The translations under genes and the position numbers were made by a program. Under the pieces are notes generated by a model. That model did no database searches. It was not told the DNA's origin and saw only the letters and a program-made list of their open reading frames with translations. Of a DNA stretch of 64,000 nucleotides, positions 36,201 to 49,200 are shown piece after piece (the first letter of the stretch is position 1; the number at the start of each line of letters is the position of its first letter). Source of the DNA: Malacoraja senta. Taxonomy: Eukaryota. The stretch is taken from positions 250,001 to 314,000 of the forward strand of contig CM075992.1 in assembly GCA_038087875.1 (NCBI GenBank). Reading direction: 5' to 3'.

Positions 36201-37249
36201 TTTGTCGAACTTGGAGAGGCATCGCCCTATTTTCAGTAGGGTGCTCGTGTACCCCGAGATCTCCCCGCCCTGACCCGATTCTTCCCATCAGAAGCGAACA
36301 CACGCCATCTCTCAGCCACCTCCCCGCTCCTTCCATCCTAGTAGCTTGCCACAGCACTCCCTCAAACCTCTTCTGCTTGTGTCTCCTGCATCTCTACGTC
36401 CACGTTTCATCACTACACAAGCAGCGTCGGTGACAAGGCCCTGAGTCTCTAGAATCCCCTCCTCGTACCTCAAAGCCCCATCTTCACTGTACCTGAAGCC
36501 CAACTCTCTCCTCCCCACACACCTGTGCCCACCTCTCCCCTGCACACACCTGTGCCCACCTCTCCCCTACACACACCTGAAGCCCATCTCTCTCCTTTCC
36601 TGACTGCACAGTTGGGAAATGTTTGGGGAGAGCTTGCACCACTGCCCGAGCGCCAGATATTTAAGGGCACTGGCCCTCTCTGGCCATTCTAGGCTGGCCA
36701 TAGAGATGATGAAACATCTGCATGCACTTTGTGGAACAGTTCCTGTTCACCCTTCACCTTGCCCTTGCTTGGCCCAGAGAGACAAGAACATTCCTCACAA
36801 AGCCAGCACAGTATATTAATAGTCACTTCTCTACGTATTTGAAAGCAGAGAACCAGTGTACAACAATCTGTAATTACTGATCTGTCATTGCAGTCCACAA
36901 TAGGCTGTGATTATTGTCATGCCGACCGCACCATCGATGTGTGATCACGTTGAGAACCGTCTGGCGCAAGAATCAGTTGGGGAACGAGGTAGTGCAGCCA
37001 ACACACATTGTCCTAGCCTTGGACTCTGTCTGAAAACCCCAGGTTCCCAGTCACAGACTCTTTGCTCAGAGTATGAATGATGAATTCCAAGCTTTCTCGT
37101 TGATTTGTGGTTGTTTTCAGTGGGTTTTATTAATAGCGCTGAGCAAAAAGGGAAATGTGTTGGTTGTCGAGTGACGTACCAATGTCTGGCGAATCTGTCC
37201 CAATCACATAGGATCCATCAAACCCTGGTCACATGTTCCTGCCTGTAGG

Positions 37250-37770
37250 CTCACCCCTGTTGTAGCACCTCCCCTAACCCAGTGTAGGGTCACCCCTGTT
37301 GTAGCACCTCCCCTAACCCAGTGTAGGGTCACCTCTGTTGTAGCACTCTCCACTGTAACCCAGTGTAGGGTCACCCCTGTTGTAGCACCTCCACTGTAAC
37401 CCAGTGTAGGCTCACCCCTGTTGTAGCACCTCCACTGTAACCCAGTGTAGGCTCACCCCTGTTGTAGCACTCTCCACTGTAACCCAGTGTAGGGTCACCC
37501 CTGTTGTAGCACCGTCCACTAACCCAGTGTAGGCTCACCCCTGTCATAGTACTCTCCACTGTAACCCAGTGTAGGGTCACCTCTGTCACAGTACCCTCCA
37601 CTAACCCAGTGTAGGGTCACCCCTGTTGTAGCACCACCCAGTGTAGGGTCACCTCTGTCACAGCACCCTGCACTGTAACCCAGTGTAAAATCGCCTTGTT
37701 GCATCACCCAGCACTGTAACCGACTGTAACATCACCCTGTTTGTATCACCCACCAACAGTGTAACTCAGT
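37250..37770. repeat. Minisatellite, about 41-bp unit
   Basis: cacccctgttgtagcacctccactgtaacccagtgtagg(g/c)t repeats. Diverged copies continue to about 38080 after a Rex1-like tail at 37790-37930. Confidence 0.92.
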
Positions 37771-38439
37771 GTCCAGTCACACTGTTCTATCACTTTATTC
37801 CCTTATCATGTATCTATACACTGTAAATGGATCAATTGTAATCATGTATTGTCTTTCCACTGACTGGATAACACACAACAAAAGCTTTTCACTGTACCTC
37901 GGTACACGCGACAATAAACTAAACTGAAACTGAAGCTCTGAAAGCCAGTGTAGGGTCACCCATGTTGTAGCACCCTCCTCTGTAAGCCAGTGTAACATCT
38001 CTGTGTTGTATTACCTAGTGTAGCTGAGTGTGGGGTCACCCTATCAAACCACCCACTGTAAGGTCACCCCTGTTGTTTGACCCAGAGTAGTGACCTACTG
38101 ACCAGTGGTCTTTGTGTGCGCTTTGAAAGGCCCGTGTGGCATTCTGAAACCAAAACTAATAAAAATGTAAATGAGACAAGGCTGGGATTTATTCCCCACA
38201 CGAACAAAGCTCTCTCAAAGCAGGCCATTCAACCAGAAATTCTAGCCCTACTCCCCTTACATCTGGGGATGAACCTGGTGAGTGTTGCTACCTGTCCAGG
38301 ATGGGTAAATTAGGCTAGCCCCTTCCTACAACTCCAGCCTGTTAACGGCCTAAAGTATCGAACACATTAATCCCAGCAAAGAGCTCGCTCAATGTAATAA
38401 CCAGCGGGCTGGGCAATAGCTACAGCTCACAGTATCATG

Positions 38440-38705
38440 GACCACTGCCCCTCAGGCCACTGCCCCTCAGACCACTGCCCCCCTCAGACCACTGCCCCTC
38501 AGGCCACTGCCCCTCAGACCACTGCCCCCTCAGACCACTGCCCCTCAGACCACTGCCCCTCAGACCACTGCCCCTCAGACCACTGCCCCTCAGACCACTG
38601 CCCCTCAGACCACTGCCCCCTCAGACCACTGCCCCTGAACCACTGACCCCCAGTAACATAGACCATTGTCCGTGGACCACTGCCCCTCAGACCACTGCCC
38701 CTCAG
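38440..38705. repeat. 15-bp minisatellite
   Basis: Unit gaccactgcccctca. Confidence 0.95.
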
Positions 38706-38789
38706 CTCAAAATGGTGGCAATCCCTGCAATATCAGTCCCCAAGCATCCACAGAACCAACCAGTAAACAAGGCACAAACATTCCATTGT

Positions 38790-38992
38790 GTAGGAAGGAA
38801 CTGCAGATGCTGGTTTAAAGTGAAGATAGACACAAAAAGCTGGAGTAACTCAGCGGGACAGGCAGCATCTCTGGAGAGAAGGAATGGGTGACATTTCGAG
38901 ACTGAAGAAGTGTCTTGACGTGAAACGTCACCTATTCCTTCTCTCCAGAGATGCTGCCTGTCCCGCTGAGTTACTCCAGCACTTTGTCTACA
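38790..38992. mobile_element. Palindromic PLE terminal-repeat pair
   Basis: gctggagtaactcagcgggacaggcagcatctctggagagaaggaat ... attccttctctccagagatgctgcctgtcccgctgagttactccagc. Confidence 0.85.
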
Positions 38993-41394
38993 AACATGTC
39001 ATTAACCATTTGATCAGTTTGTTGCATTGTCATCAATACCTCACTCTGAATAAAAGAAAATGGAGGCTTTAGCAGCGGGGTGAATGTATTGGCCAAGTGA
39101 AAATATTATACTATACATATTTTTGGGGAATATTTTGCTGCGATTTAATCTTGTGCATTCAAGAGATAAGCATCTCCTGAAAACTCTGCCTTTTATGAGC
39201 TAACCGTAACTAACGGGGCTTGTTTGAGCAGTGGTGTGCAGGCTGATAAATGATAATAGAATCTATCGGTGTCTGGTGTTGGGCACCAGCTCTGAGCAGT
39301 GCCCATGTCAAAGGCTCATTGTTAAACCGCACAGCCTCTGACTCATTGTGCATCTTCGATTCCACTTTATTGCCCTCCCCGTCGAGAAAATTAATAAAAC
39401 TCAACAATGAAAGCTCCCTTTCTGAGTCGGGAAGCACAGGATGCCGTCTGTTTTATCTCTGAAACGGCACCGTTTGCCCTCTGTCGAGGATAGATGTGCA
39501 TGCTAGTGTACTTTATATGTAATGCTACCCCAGTGTTGGTGGGGGTGACTATTGGGACTGACAACAGCCCCTCGTCTCACCTCCTCTGTCCCCCTTCCAC
39601 CGGAGAGGGGGGGGGGGAGGGGGATTGGAAACAACATCTCACAGACCTTCCCTCCCACCTTCAAAATCCCAACCAGTCCCAACCCAGAGTTGTGGGTGTC
39701 AGGGGTTATGGGGAGAAGGCAGGAGAATGGGGTTAGGAGGGAGAGATAGATCAGCCATGATTGAAGTAGATGGCGGAGTAGACTTGATGGGCCGAATGGC
39801 CTAATTTGCTCCTATCACATGACTTCCTCTCATGTGTTAGACTATCTCCTCACCCTCTCCTTCACAGGAGCACGGATGGAGATGGGATCACTGCCGTGCC
39901 ACACCTTGTTTCCAGCAGCACCCCAGGGTGCCTGCTCACCCAACCCCTGCACTACGCCAGGTCCCCACCCACTCACTGCAGAGTTCTTGTCTCCGTGGTG
40001 AAATGCACAAGGTGGATTTGCGACTGTGCGTGGCTGGCTCTGGCTGCAATGCACTCACTAAAAGCTGTTGCAGGTAAATCCTTCACTTGCCAAGTAACGC
40101 CCCACCAGCCCGACATCTTGTGAAACCAAAACCTCATCGCAGCAAACAGGATCTTTTTGTTCATTAGGTTATCAGCAAACCCCAATGCAACTACGCAAGG
40201 TTAAAAACCATGCCTCACACTGACGATATTGATCATATTTTCCATAAACAACCTGGAGAGGGATTGCCAGCCATGCAGGATCTCACAGGAGCCTGGATGT
40301 GTCCACAATGAAACCAGCAGGGTGTACATCTGCTGGAGTTTACCCATTGCAGTGGTTTACCTGACCAATGGCTGATGCAACCTAAAGTGGAGGCGCATGT
40401 GGTGGGCACCATGGCAGGTGTGTTGGGCTGGTTGTGTGCTGGAGGGGATGGGCAGCAAGTTGTAGAAACAAAGATCTGCGGACACTGGTTAATAAACAAA
40501 GAGAAACAAAGTGCAGGAGTAACTCAGCTGGCCAAGTCTCCCGAGATGCTGCCTGCCCCGTCGGGTTACTCAAGCACTGTATGGGTCAGCAGGCTGTTCT
40601 CTGCCACAGGTCTGGGTGAGTTGTCTCCACATCCTCCAGCTGACTGTGTCGTACTGCCACACCCTCATCATCCCCGTCCGAGCGTCACTTTGACCGGTTC
40701 TGTTTGTGGTGTTTCACCGTACTGCTGAAGCCTCGCCACAGACCAGTATCAGTAGGTTGAGGGTTTAAGCCCCATTGAGCAGACCATTGCAGGGTGGTCT
40801 TTGCCAGGAGAGATACCCTCTGGTCACAGGCCATGAATCCGAGCTCTCACTGCTCTCTCAGGGTCGAGGCAATACAACTGATGCACTCTGCCTTAAATGA
40901 GAAGGTCTGTCTGTGTAACATGTAGCCATGAGGGAACAGAGAAGGTGGATGCACAGAGCCTTTTGCCCAGAGTAGGGATAGGTTTCAGGTGAGGGGGAAA
41001 AGATTTAATAGAAATCTGAGGGCCAACTTTTTCACACAGAGGGTAATGGGTGTATGGAATGAGCTGCCAGAGGAGGTAATTGAGGCAGGGACTATAATAA
41101 TATTTAAAAGTTGGACAGGTACATGGAAAGGAAAGGTTTAGAGGGATATGGGCCAAATGTGGCAGGTGGACTAGCTTGGATGGGGCATCCTAGTCGGTTG
41201 GCATGGACAAGTTAGGCTGAGGGGCCTGTTTCCGTGCTGTATGGCATTTGTATCAGAGCCCCCTCGGCATGAACTTGGTGTTACATTTGTTACATCAGAG
41301 AGCAGTCACCTTAGCTTCAGTGAGAGCTTCTCCTTGGCTTTTGTCTACATTATTCCAATAAAATGTGGGCAGCTGAGACTACAGGTATGCAATG

Positions 41395-41850
41395 GCCAGG
41401 TGTGCGAGGGTCAGGTGTGCGAGGGCCATGTGTGCAAGCGCCAGGTGTGTGAGGGCCAGGTGTACTAGGCCAAGTGTGCAAGGACCAGGTGTCCGAGGGC
41501 CAGGTGTGTGAGGGCCAGGTGTGCAAGGGCCTGGTTTGCGAGGGCCAGGTGTGCAAGGGCGGTGTGTGTGAGGGCCAGGTGTTTGAGGGCCAGGTGTGCG
41601 AGGGCCACATGTGCAAGCGCCAGGTGTGTGAGGGCCAGGTGTGCTAGGCCTAGTGTGCAAGGACCAGGTGTCCGAGGGCCAGGTGTCCGAGGGTCAGGTG
41701 TGCAAGCGACAGGTGTATGAAGGCCAGGTGTGTGAGGGCCAGGTGTGCGAGGGCCAGGTGTGCAAGGACCAGGTCTATGAAAAAGTGTATGAAGGCCAGG
41801 TGTGGGAGGGCTAGGTGTGCGAGGGCCAGGTGTGCAAGGACTAGGTGTAC
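41395..41850. repeat. 15-bp minisatellite
   Basis: Unit gagggccaggtgtgc with variants. Confidence 0.93.
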
Positions 41851-42894
41851 GGTGTCAGAGGCCAGAGGATGCCACTATAGTCAGAGCAGGTCAAAGACGT
41901 GACCTCTATATAACCTTGAGCGTTGTGAGGATGGTGATGGGCAAGACTCCAGAGGTACTCGGACAGTAAGACATTGATAGAGTTGTCATGTCAAACCAGG
42001 CCATTCAGCCCATCATATCTATGCCAGCTCCCACATCCCAACCAGGCAGCAAGTTCCAAATCTTTATCACTCTGCATAAAAGCTTTTCCTTAAGTCCCCC
42101 CCTCCCCCTCCCCCATCTCTCCTACATGTTTGACTAAAACTTGAAATCTCCTCCCCTCACCTTCATGATCATGAACTATTCTCCAATAGAAACATTCCTC
42201 AATGTCCCTCTGTGAACCTCCAGTGGTTTTGGATGCAATGCCGATATCCTGTGGATTACGTATAAAGGTCAACATGCAAGAGACTGAGATCAACCCTGGG
42301 CTTTGTTTGCATTAGTGCGGAAGTCTCCTATTTCATGGCACCTCATTCACAACATTACAAATCTCATCGTCAACTAAAATCCTTCTACATCAAGACTGAA
42401 AATGCAGCCAAATGGATTAATTTAAGAAAATATTCACAATTGATTGCGTGCAAGGTCAGAATGCTGATCTCTGAAGAGTCTTCAGACTGAGAGTCACAGA
42501 GACGATACCTTCCTTCTCTCCAGAGATGCTGCCTGGCCCGCTGAGATTGCAGCATTTTGTGTCTATCTTCCATGTTTCTAGAACTTTCTGCTATGACTCC
42601 AGAGATCCAGAATCTGCCATTTTAATTTCCTTTCATTTTAGGAATGTGTTGCCGGTTAGTTTATATGTGACGTAACGGAAGAAGGGCAGGGAATGCCACT
42701 TGTAAATCAGCCTCATTGGTGCCACATCGAGAGTGCAGAGACCAGCTGACATGATCTATTGATCACCGGGCTGATCTCTTCCACCCAGGGTCAGAGAATT
42801 GGTGGATCATGGCGGCACTAGTAATGCTGGAATTCTGGGCAAGGTCTAATGTTAGTGGGATCTTACTGTGTACAGATTGGCTGCTGTTTACCAG

Positions 42895-43230
42895 ACGATA
42901 CGATACGATAGAACTTTATTTATCCCAGGAGGGAAATTGATCTGCCAACAGTCATAAAAACACGCAAGATACATGAAACATGAAATTAAAGTGATGAGTG
43001 GAAAGGATTGGGGATGTGCAAAGATTGGAGGGGGGGGGGGAGTCAGTCTACCCCACGACAGAAGGGGGAGGAGTTGTACAGTTTGATAGCCACAGGGAAG
43101 AAGGATCTCCTGTGGCGTTCTGTGCTGCATTTTGGTGGAACCAGTCTGTTGCTGAAGGTGCTCCTCAGGTTGACCAGTGTGTCATGGAGGGCGTGAGCTG
43201 TATTGTCCAGGATGCTCCGCAGTTTCCACG
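42895..43230 (-). mobile_element. 5'-truncated Rex1/Babar-clade LINE
   Basis: KLRSILDNTAHALHDTL...STFSNRLVPPKCSTERHRRSFFPVAIKLYN resembles the Rex1 C-terminus; aataaa and a (tatcg)n tail on the minus strand. Confidence 0.8.
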
Positions 43231-46200
43231 GAGCCTCAGTGACTAGGGAGTACTGGATGGTCCACTGCAGATGCTCAGGTCTTTGCACAGAATGTCATCC
43301 AGAAGATTCCGCAGACGTTCCTGGACTAGAACCCTAACCCTTTCGCTCCCATGGTAACAGTGGAATCCCCTGACCCAGTCTGCATCCACAATTGTCAGTA
43401 CTTGTTCCATTGCATCTGCCCCATTCTCACCCAGTCTGAATCTTGGCTCCAGCGCAGAGCCTGTACAGTTTAACAGCACAGTAGACATTCCCCACCTCTG
43501 CAGTTTGCCCAGATTAACGGACAATGTCACACACTCAAAATTCACCCCCCCCCCCCCCCACAATTTATGTTGAACCATGCAGAATCCGTCAAAGTTTCAT
43601 TGCAGTTTTTATACGTAGAGAGATCTGTGTGTGTGTGTATAATTGTCTTGGACACTGACTATTTCAGTGAGGAGAGAAAGCGTAATCGTGGTGACGACTG
43701 CCTTTTGTTTCAGGGGGAGGAATGAAATGGGTTTTGTTTTGTCACCGAGCAATCTGTGATATTGGACACAGCAATCTCAGCAGAATTAACATTCTGCTGC
43801 TGAATCTACTGTCAGATTTCGATGTGACAAGGTTCAATCATCCCCTCTTAGGGGAATTCGATTAAATGAATACAAGGTGTTATTTAAATGCTACCTTGTT
43901 TCTGTTTTGTTTTGCCGTATAATACATATTCCATCGGCCCGCTGTATAATTTCAAACCTTGATATTGTTTCTGGATCACTTTGTGTTTCTGAAAATTATA
44001 GAGTGCTTTATCCTGGGTTTTTCTGCAAATGCATTTTCACCTTTGACTTTCAAAAGCTGTACCATCTTGTCAGAGCCCATTGAAGCATCAGTTCACAGAC
44101 AAAAATAATATCTCAAAGCCCTGGCTGATGGGGTTGGCATGTTATGCGAACAGCGATGAGCTACAAACAGGCAGTGTTAGGGTGATCTGAAACTAAAATG
44201 GAAAATGCTAGGAAGACTCGGCAAGTCAGTCAGCGTCCGTGGGAAGTGAAACAGAATCAACAGCAAACGTTTCTCTCCCTGTCGATGCTGCTCAACCTCC
44301 TGAACACTTTAAGCGTTTCCTGATCTTGTTTTGGATTTCCAGCATCTGCAGTTCCATGTTGCAGCTGTTGGTCTGGTCATGGTGAAGGGAGGAATGTTTG
44401 GTTTAGGTTAGAGATAAAGCATGGAAACAGACCATCCAGCCCAACATGTCCATGCCGACCTTCAGGCTGACCCTTCTGGAGTGAGGCAGCTCAGATCAAT
44501 GGAGATGGAGAATGGTTTCACAGACTGCTATAATTGAATGTCAGTCCCCTCCCAAACAACCACTGGTGGGGGGGTGGGGGGTGACCAGTTCATTTCCTTC
44601 AGCATTGTACTGAGGTATTACTGCCAGGAGTCTGGTACTCTCTACCTAATGTTCATGAACGGGGCGAACCTGTGGAATTCATTGCCGCAGAACTCAGTGG
44701 ATATTTTTAAGGCAGAGATAGATAGATTCTTGATTAGTACAGGTGTCAGGTTATGGGGAGAAGGCAGGAGAATGGGGTTCGGAGGGAGAGATAGATCAGC
44801 CATGATTGATCGGTGGAGTAGACTTGATGGGCCGAATGGCCTAATTCTGCTCCTATCACTTATGACCCGCTGAATTACTCCAGCACTTTGTGTCTTTTAT
44901 TGTAAACCACATCTGTAGCTCCCTGTTTCTTCAGAAGATAGACACAAAAACCAGCATCTGCAGTTCCTTCCTGCACATCTTGCTTGTTTGTGTTGGTTAT
45001 AGATCTGTTCTCACTGTAGACTACTCTTCCTGTAGTGGGTGTTGGGAGAGTCATGGGGCGATGGAACTGGTGGGCTGCTGTCCCAGATTCAGGGCTAAAT
45101 GGTCTCCTTGTCCATTATAAGATATACAACTTGATGATGAAGTACGGTAAAGGTCCCTACTCCTTAGCAAGTGGTCCTGTGTACTAACGGCATTGTTTCT
45201 TGTGTAGAGCTGAGTAAAGAGGAATCCTCTGACAAAGACCCATGTTGTGGATGGTGTAGTGGGTACAGGCTGTGGGAGGCCAGGCTCTGATAGAATGTTG
45301 CCAGCTCAACAACCGATAAGAGTCGTGCTTAGTGGTGGGAGCATGCCTGAACCAAGTACCATGTAGTCACGTTTCAAAGTCAATTATTATTACGAAAGTA
45401 ATAAAGACTTGGGTGCCTGATGTTCACGACAGCCTCGGTGAGCCAATTGCTCTTTATTCCTGCTGAGTGACTCAATTCAAAACAAGCATATTTCCATTTA
45501 TCGCAAGTTGGTGCAGTACAGAAGGATACGTTTGTAAGGTCATAAGGTCTAGGAGCAGAATTAGGCCATTCGGCCCATCAAGTCTACTCTGCCATTCAAT
45601 CCTGACTGATCTATCTCTCCCTCCTAACCCCATTCTCCTGCCTTCTCCCCATAACCCCCGATACCCGTACTAATCAAGAATCTATCTATCTCCGCCTTAA
45701 AAATACTCATTGGTGGTCTCCACAGCCACCTGTGGCAATGAATTCCATTGATGGAAATTTGAGTCATACAGCTCGGAAGCAGGCCCTTTGGCCCAACTCA
45801 TCTATGCTAACCACCATCTAAGCTATTCTATTTGCACGTGTTTGGCTCATATCCCTCTAAACTTTTCCTACCCATGTACCTGTCCAAGTATCTTTGTTAT
45901 AACTGTGTAGTTTGTTAGCGAGACCGTGGTTCTGGTAAACATATTTTTTCCTGTGTGTATTGTATTTCCTTGCATTGAACGTGGATCACGGAAGGTTCAC
46001 GAGGTTGATTCCTTGGAAGAAGGGGTTGAGGAGAAAATAAAACTGGATTTGTGTAAATGGGTGCTTGATGGCCAGCATGGACACGATGCGCCGAAGGGCC
46101 TGTTTCATGCTGTATCAAACTAAGGCTCTGGGCTTGTGTGGTCACACATCCCCACAAGGGTTGTGTTTTTCCAGGGTGTGATTCAGTGGGTCTGGAAGTG

Positions 46201-49200
46201 TTGGGGAACACCTACACATGGGAATTCGGCCCGTCTACAGCTGCTGCCCTCTCCCACCACCGACACAAACCAGCAAACCTAACGCACCATAGAGTACAGA
46301 CACAAAATGCTGGAGTAACTCAGCGGGACCAGCAGCATCTCTGGAGAGAAGGAATGGGTGACGTTTCGGATCGAGACCCTTCTTCAGACTGAGAGTCAGG
46401 GGAGAGGGAGACATAGAGATATGGAAGGGTAAGGTGTGAAAACGACAGAGGAAAGGGGCCGATGTTGAAACAAAATGTAGAATCGTTGCTCTACAGAGTG
46501 CCCAGCTCAAATATCATAGCACGGCAGACCAGTTGCAGGCACTTCATTTAGACAGGCCACTGTAAGCCATTACATGGGATTTCAAATGGATAAGCCTCTT
46601 TATTATCTAAGAGGCTGAATATCTGCATTAACCAGATCTGTTACAGACTTTTGCCCATGGATTATTTACAGTGGGAAGACAGTGCAGAGCACAATGTCAC
46701 AAGAACACAAATCCAAGACCAGGCGTTGCCCCACTTTCCCCAATCCCATCCAAGGTCTTTTTAGTTTATTTAGTTTATTGTCGCATGTGAAAAGCTTTTT
46801 GTTGCGTGCTATCAAGTTAGCGAAAAGACAATATATGATTATAATCAACCTGCCAACAGTGTACAGATACAGGATAATGTTTAGTGCAAGATAAAGTCCA
46901 GTAAAATCCAATTAAAGATAGTTTGAAGGGTCTCGACCTTTCTTTCTCTCTAGAGATGCTGCGCGTCCCGCTGAGTTACTCCAGCATTTTGTGTCTATCT
47001 TCGGTTTAAACCAGCATCTGCAGTTCCTTCCTGCACATAAAGATAGTTTGAAGGTCTCCAATGAGGCAGAGAAGAGGTCAGGACCATTGTAGTTGATGAG
47101 AGGGCAGGTCAAGTGCTGGGAATGGAGGGATGTGGATTATGTGAAGGCTGATAAGAATTGGTCTTGGGATGATGTTGGGTCCAGGCATCGTGATCCAAAA
47201 GGCCTGTGGTCCATCACTGTGCTGTGGTGGGGAATGTGATCCGATCCCACAAACGTGTGAGAGACGAGGATGTCACCAACTGTGCTGCTGCTGACACTGA
47301 CGGAATAGGGGGGCAAGTAAAGAATGGGCTTCATGTAAGATTAGTCTAAATGGATGGTTGGTGGTTGGCATGGACTCAATGGGCCGAAGGGCCTGTTTCC
47401 GTGCTGCATCTCTCCATCATTCTAAGGTGCTTCCACAAAGATTTATAATATTTGTATTAATGAGAAAGACAATTAACAACAAATTATTTAAAAGACAAAG
47501 CTTTGGAAATCTTTGCGGAATGAGGTGCATTGGTGACCACTCCATCACCCCTCCCCCCTCCCCCCTCCCCCCCTCCTCCAAATCACTCCACCCCTCCCCC
47601 ACCCACCCACATCCACCACTCCCCCCGTCTCTTCCCCTCCCTTTTTCTCGAGATGATTTCCATCGAGCTTAAGGCTGTAGCTGTTTACTGTGAGGCATGT
47701 TGTACATGGGATTAAACAAAGCAGCTGAATGAGGCATCATCAGTGTGTGATGGGATGGAGGGGGGAGCACTGGGGGAGGGGGAAGGGGGAGTGTGGTGCC
47801 GTCTGGGGCGGGGGGGACAAAAAGAAAGAATCAAGAGGCAGTGAATGGTTGCCAGAGTAATGGGCTTGAGGGTGGAGGGGGTGGGGGTGTGAATGTGATG
47901 GGGGAGGGGTGGGGGGGTTGCAGGTGTCTGTCTGTGGCAGGATCACTCTCACACACAGAGTCAGAGCTATTGTCCAGGCCCGTATCACTGGGATCCTGTG
48001 GCTTATGCTCACACTGATGAACACAATGGCATCAAGCCCTGGGGAGGTTATTGGTGATTTGTCAGGGAGCAAGGTCTGGTGTATTGAATATTGAAAGTGA
48101 ACCCGTTATAAATCAGCTGAAGCATGGCAGTATCCGCAGCATACATTTCACCAAGAGCTCTGCACTCTGACTGACCTAGCTGTGCCCAACACAACCCTCA
48201 CTGCTGTCTGATACCGAGCCTGACACATCTTGATGCTTCCTTTAACATCTCCGTCCATATCATTTTGTCTCAGAGTTTGCAGCACGGAAACAGGCCCTTC
48301 AGCCCATCTCGTCCGTGCCGACCAACATGCCTCATTTGCTAGTCCCATTTGCCCACATTTGATCCATATCTGTCTAAACCTGTCCTATCCATGTACCTTC
48401 TAACCATTTCTTAAACATTGGGATAGTCCCAGCCTCAACTACCTCCTCTGGCAGCTCGTTCCATACACCCACCACCCTCTGTGTGGATAAGATGCTGAGG
48501 CTTGGGTTTACATAATGTTGACCTCCCCGCTCCATTGAACAGCAGTGATTTGAAGGATCACATTTTGGTTTCAGTGTTAAATTACAGTTTTTAAGAATTA
48601 TCCCACAAACTACTGCCATACAATTGAATAATACATAAGCTGCCCATTTAGCCCAATCGGTTGGTGCTAGTGCCAGTGTTGAGGAAGGGTGGTGGGTGTA
48701 TGGAACGAGCTGTCAGAGGAGGTAGTTGTGGCAGGTACTATCCCAACATTTATGAGACATTTGGACAGGTGTAAGAATAGGACAGGTTTAGAGGGATATG
48801 GGCCAAGCGCAGGCAGGTGGGTCTGGTGTAGATGGGTCACGTTGGTCAGTGTGGGCTAGTTGGGCCGAAGGTAGACACAAAAAGCTGGAGTAACATAGCG
48901 AGTTGGACAGCATCTGTGGAGAAAAGGAATGGGTAACGTTTTGGGTGGAGACCCTTCTTCAGACCATTGAAGGGGTGGAAGGCCTCATGTGCTGCATGAC
49001 TTCATGACTTGAGGAATAGACACAGATTTAAGATCAGGGGGGAGGGGGAAAGATTTAATAGGATCCTGTGCGACAATCTTTTCACACAGAGGGTGGTGTG
49101 TATATGGAACGAGCTGCCAGAGGAAGTGGTTGATTCAATAACAAGATTTAAAAGGCATTTGGGCAGGTACGTGGATTGGAAAGGTGAAGAGGGATATGGG

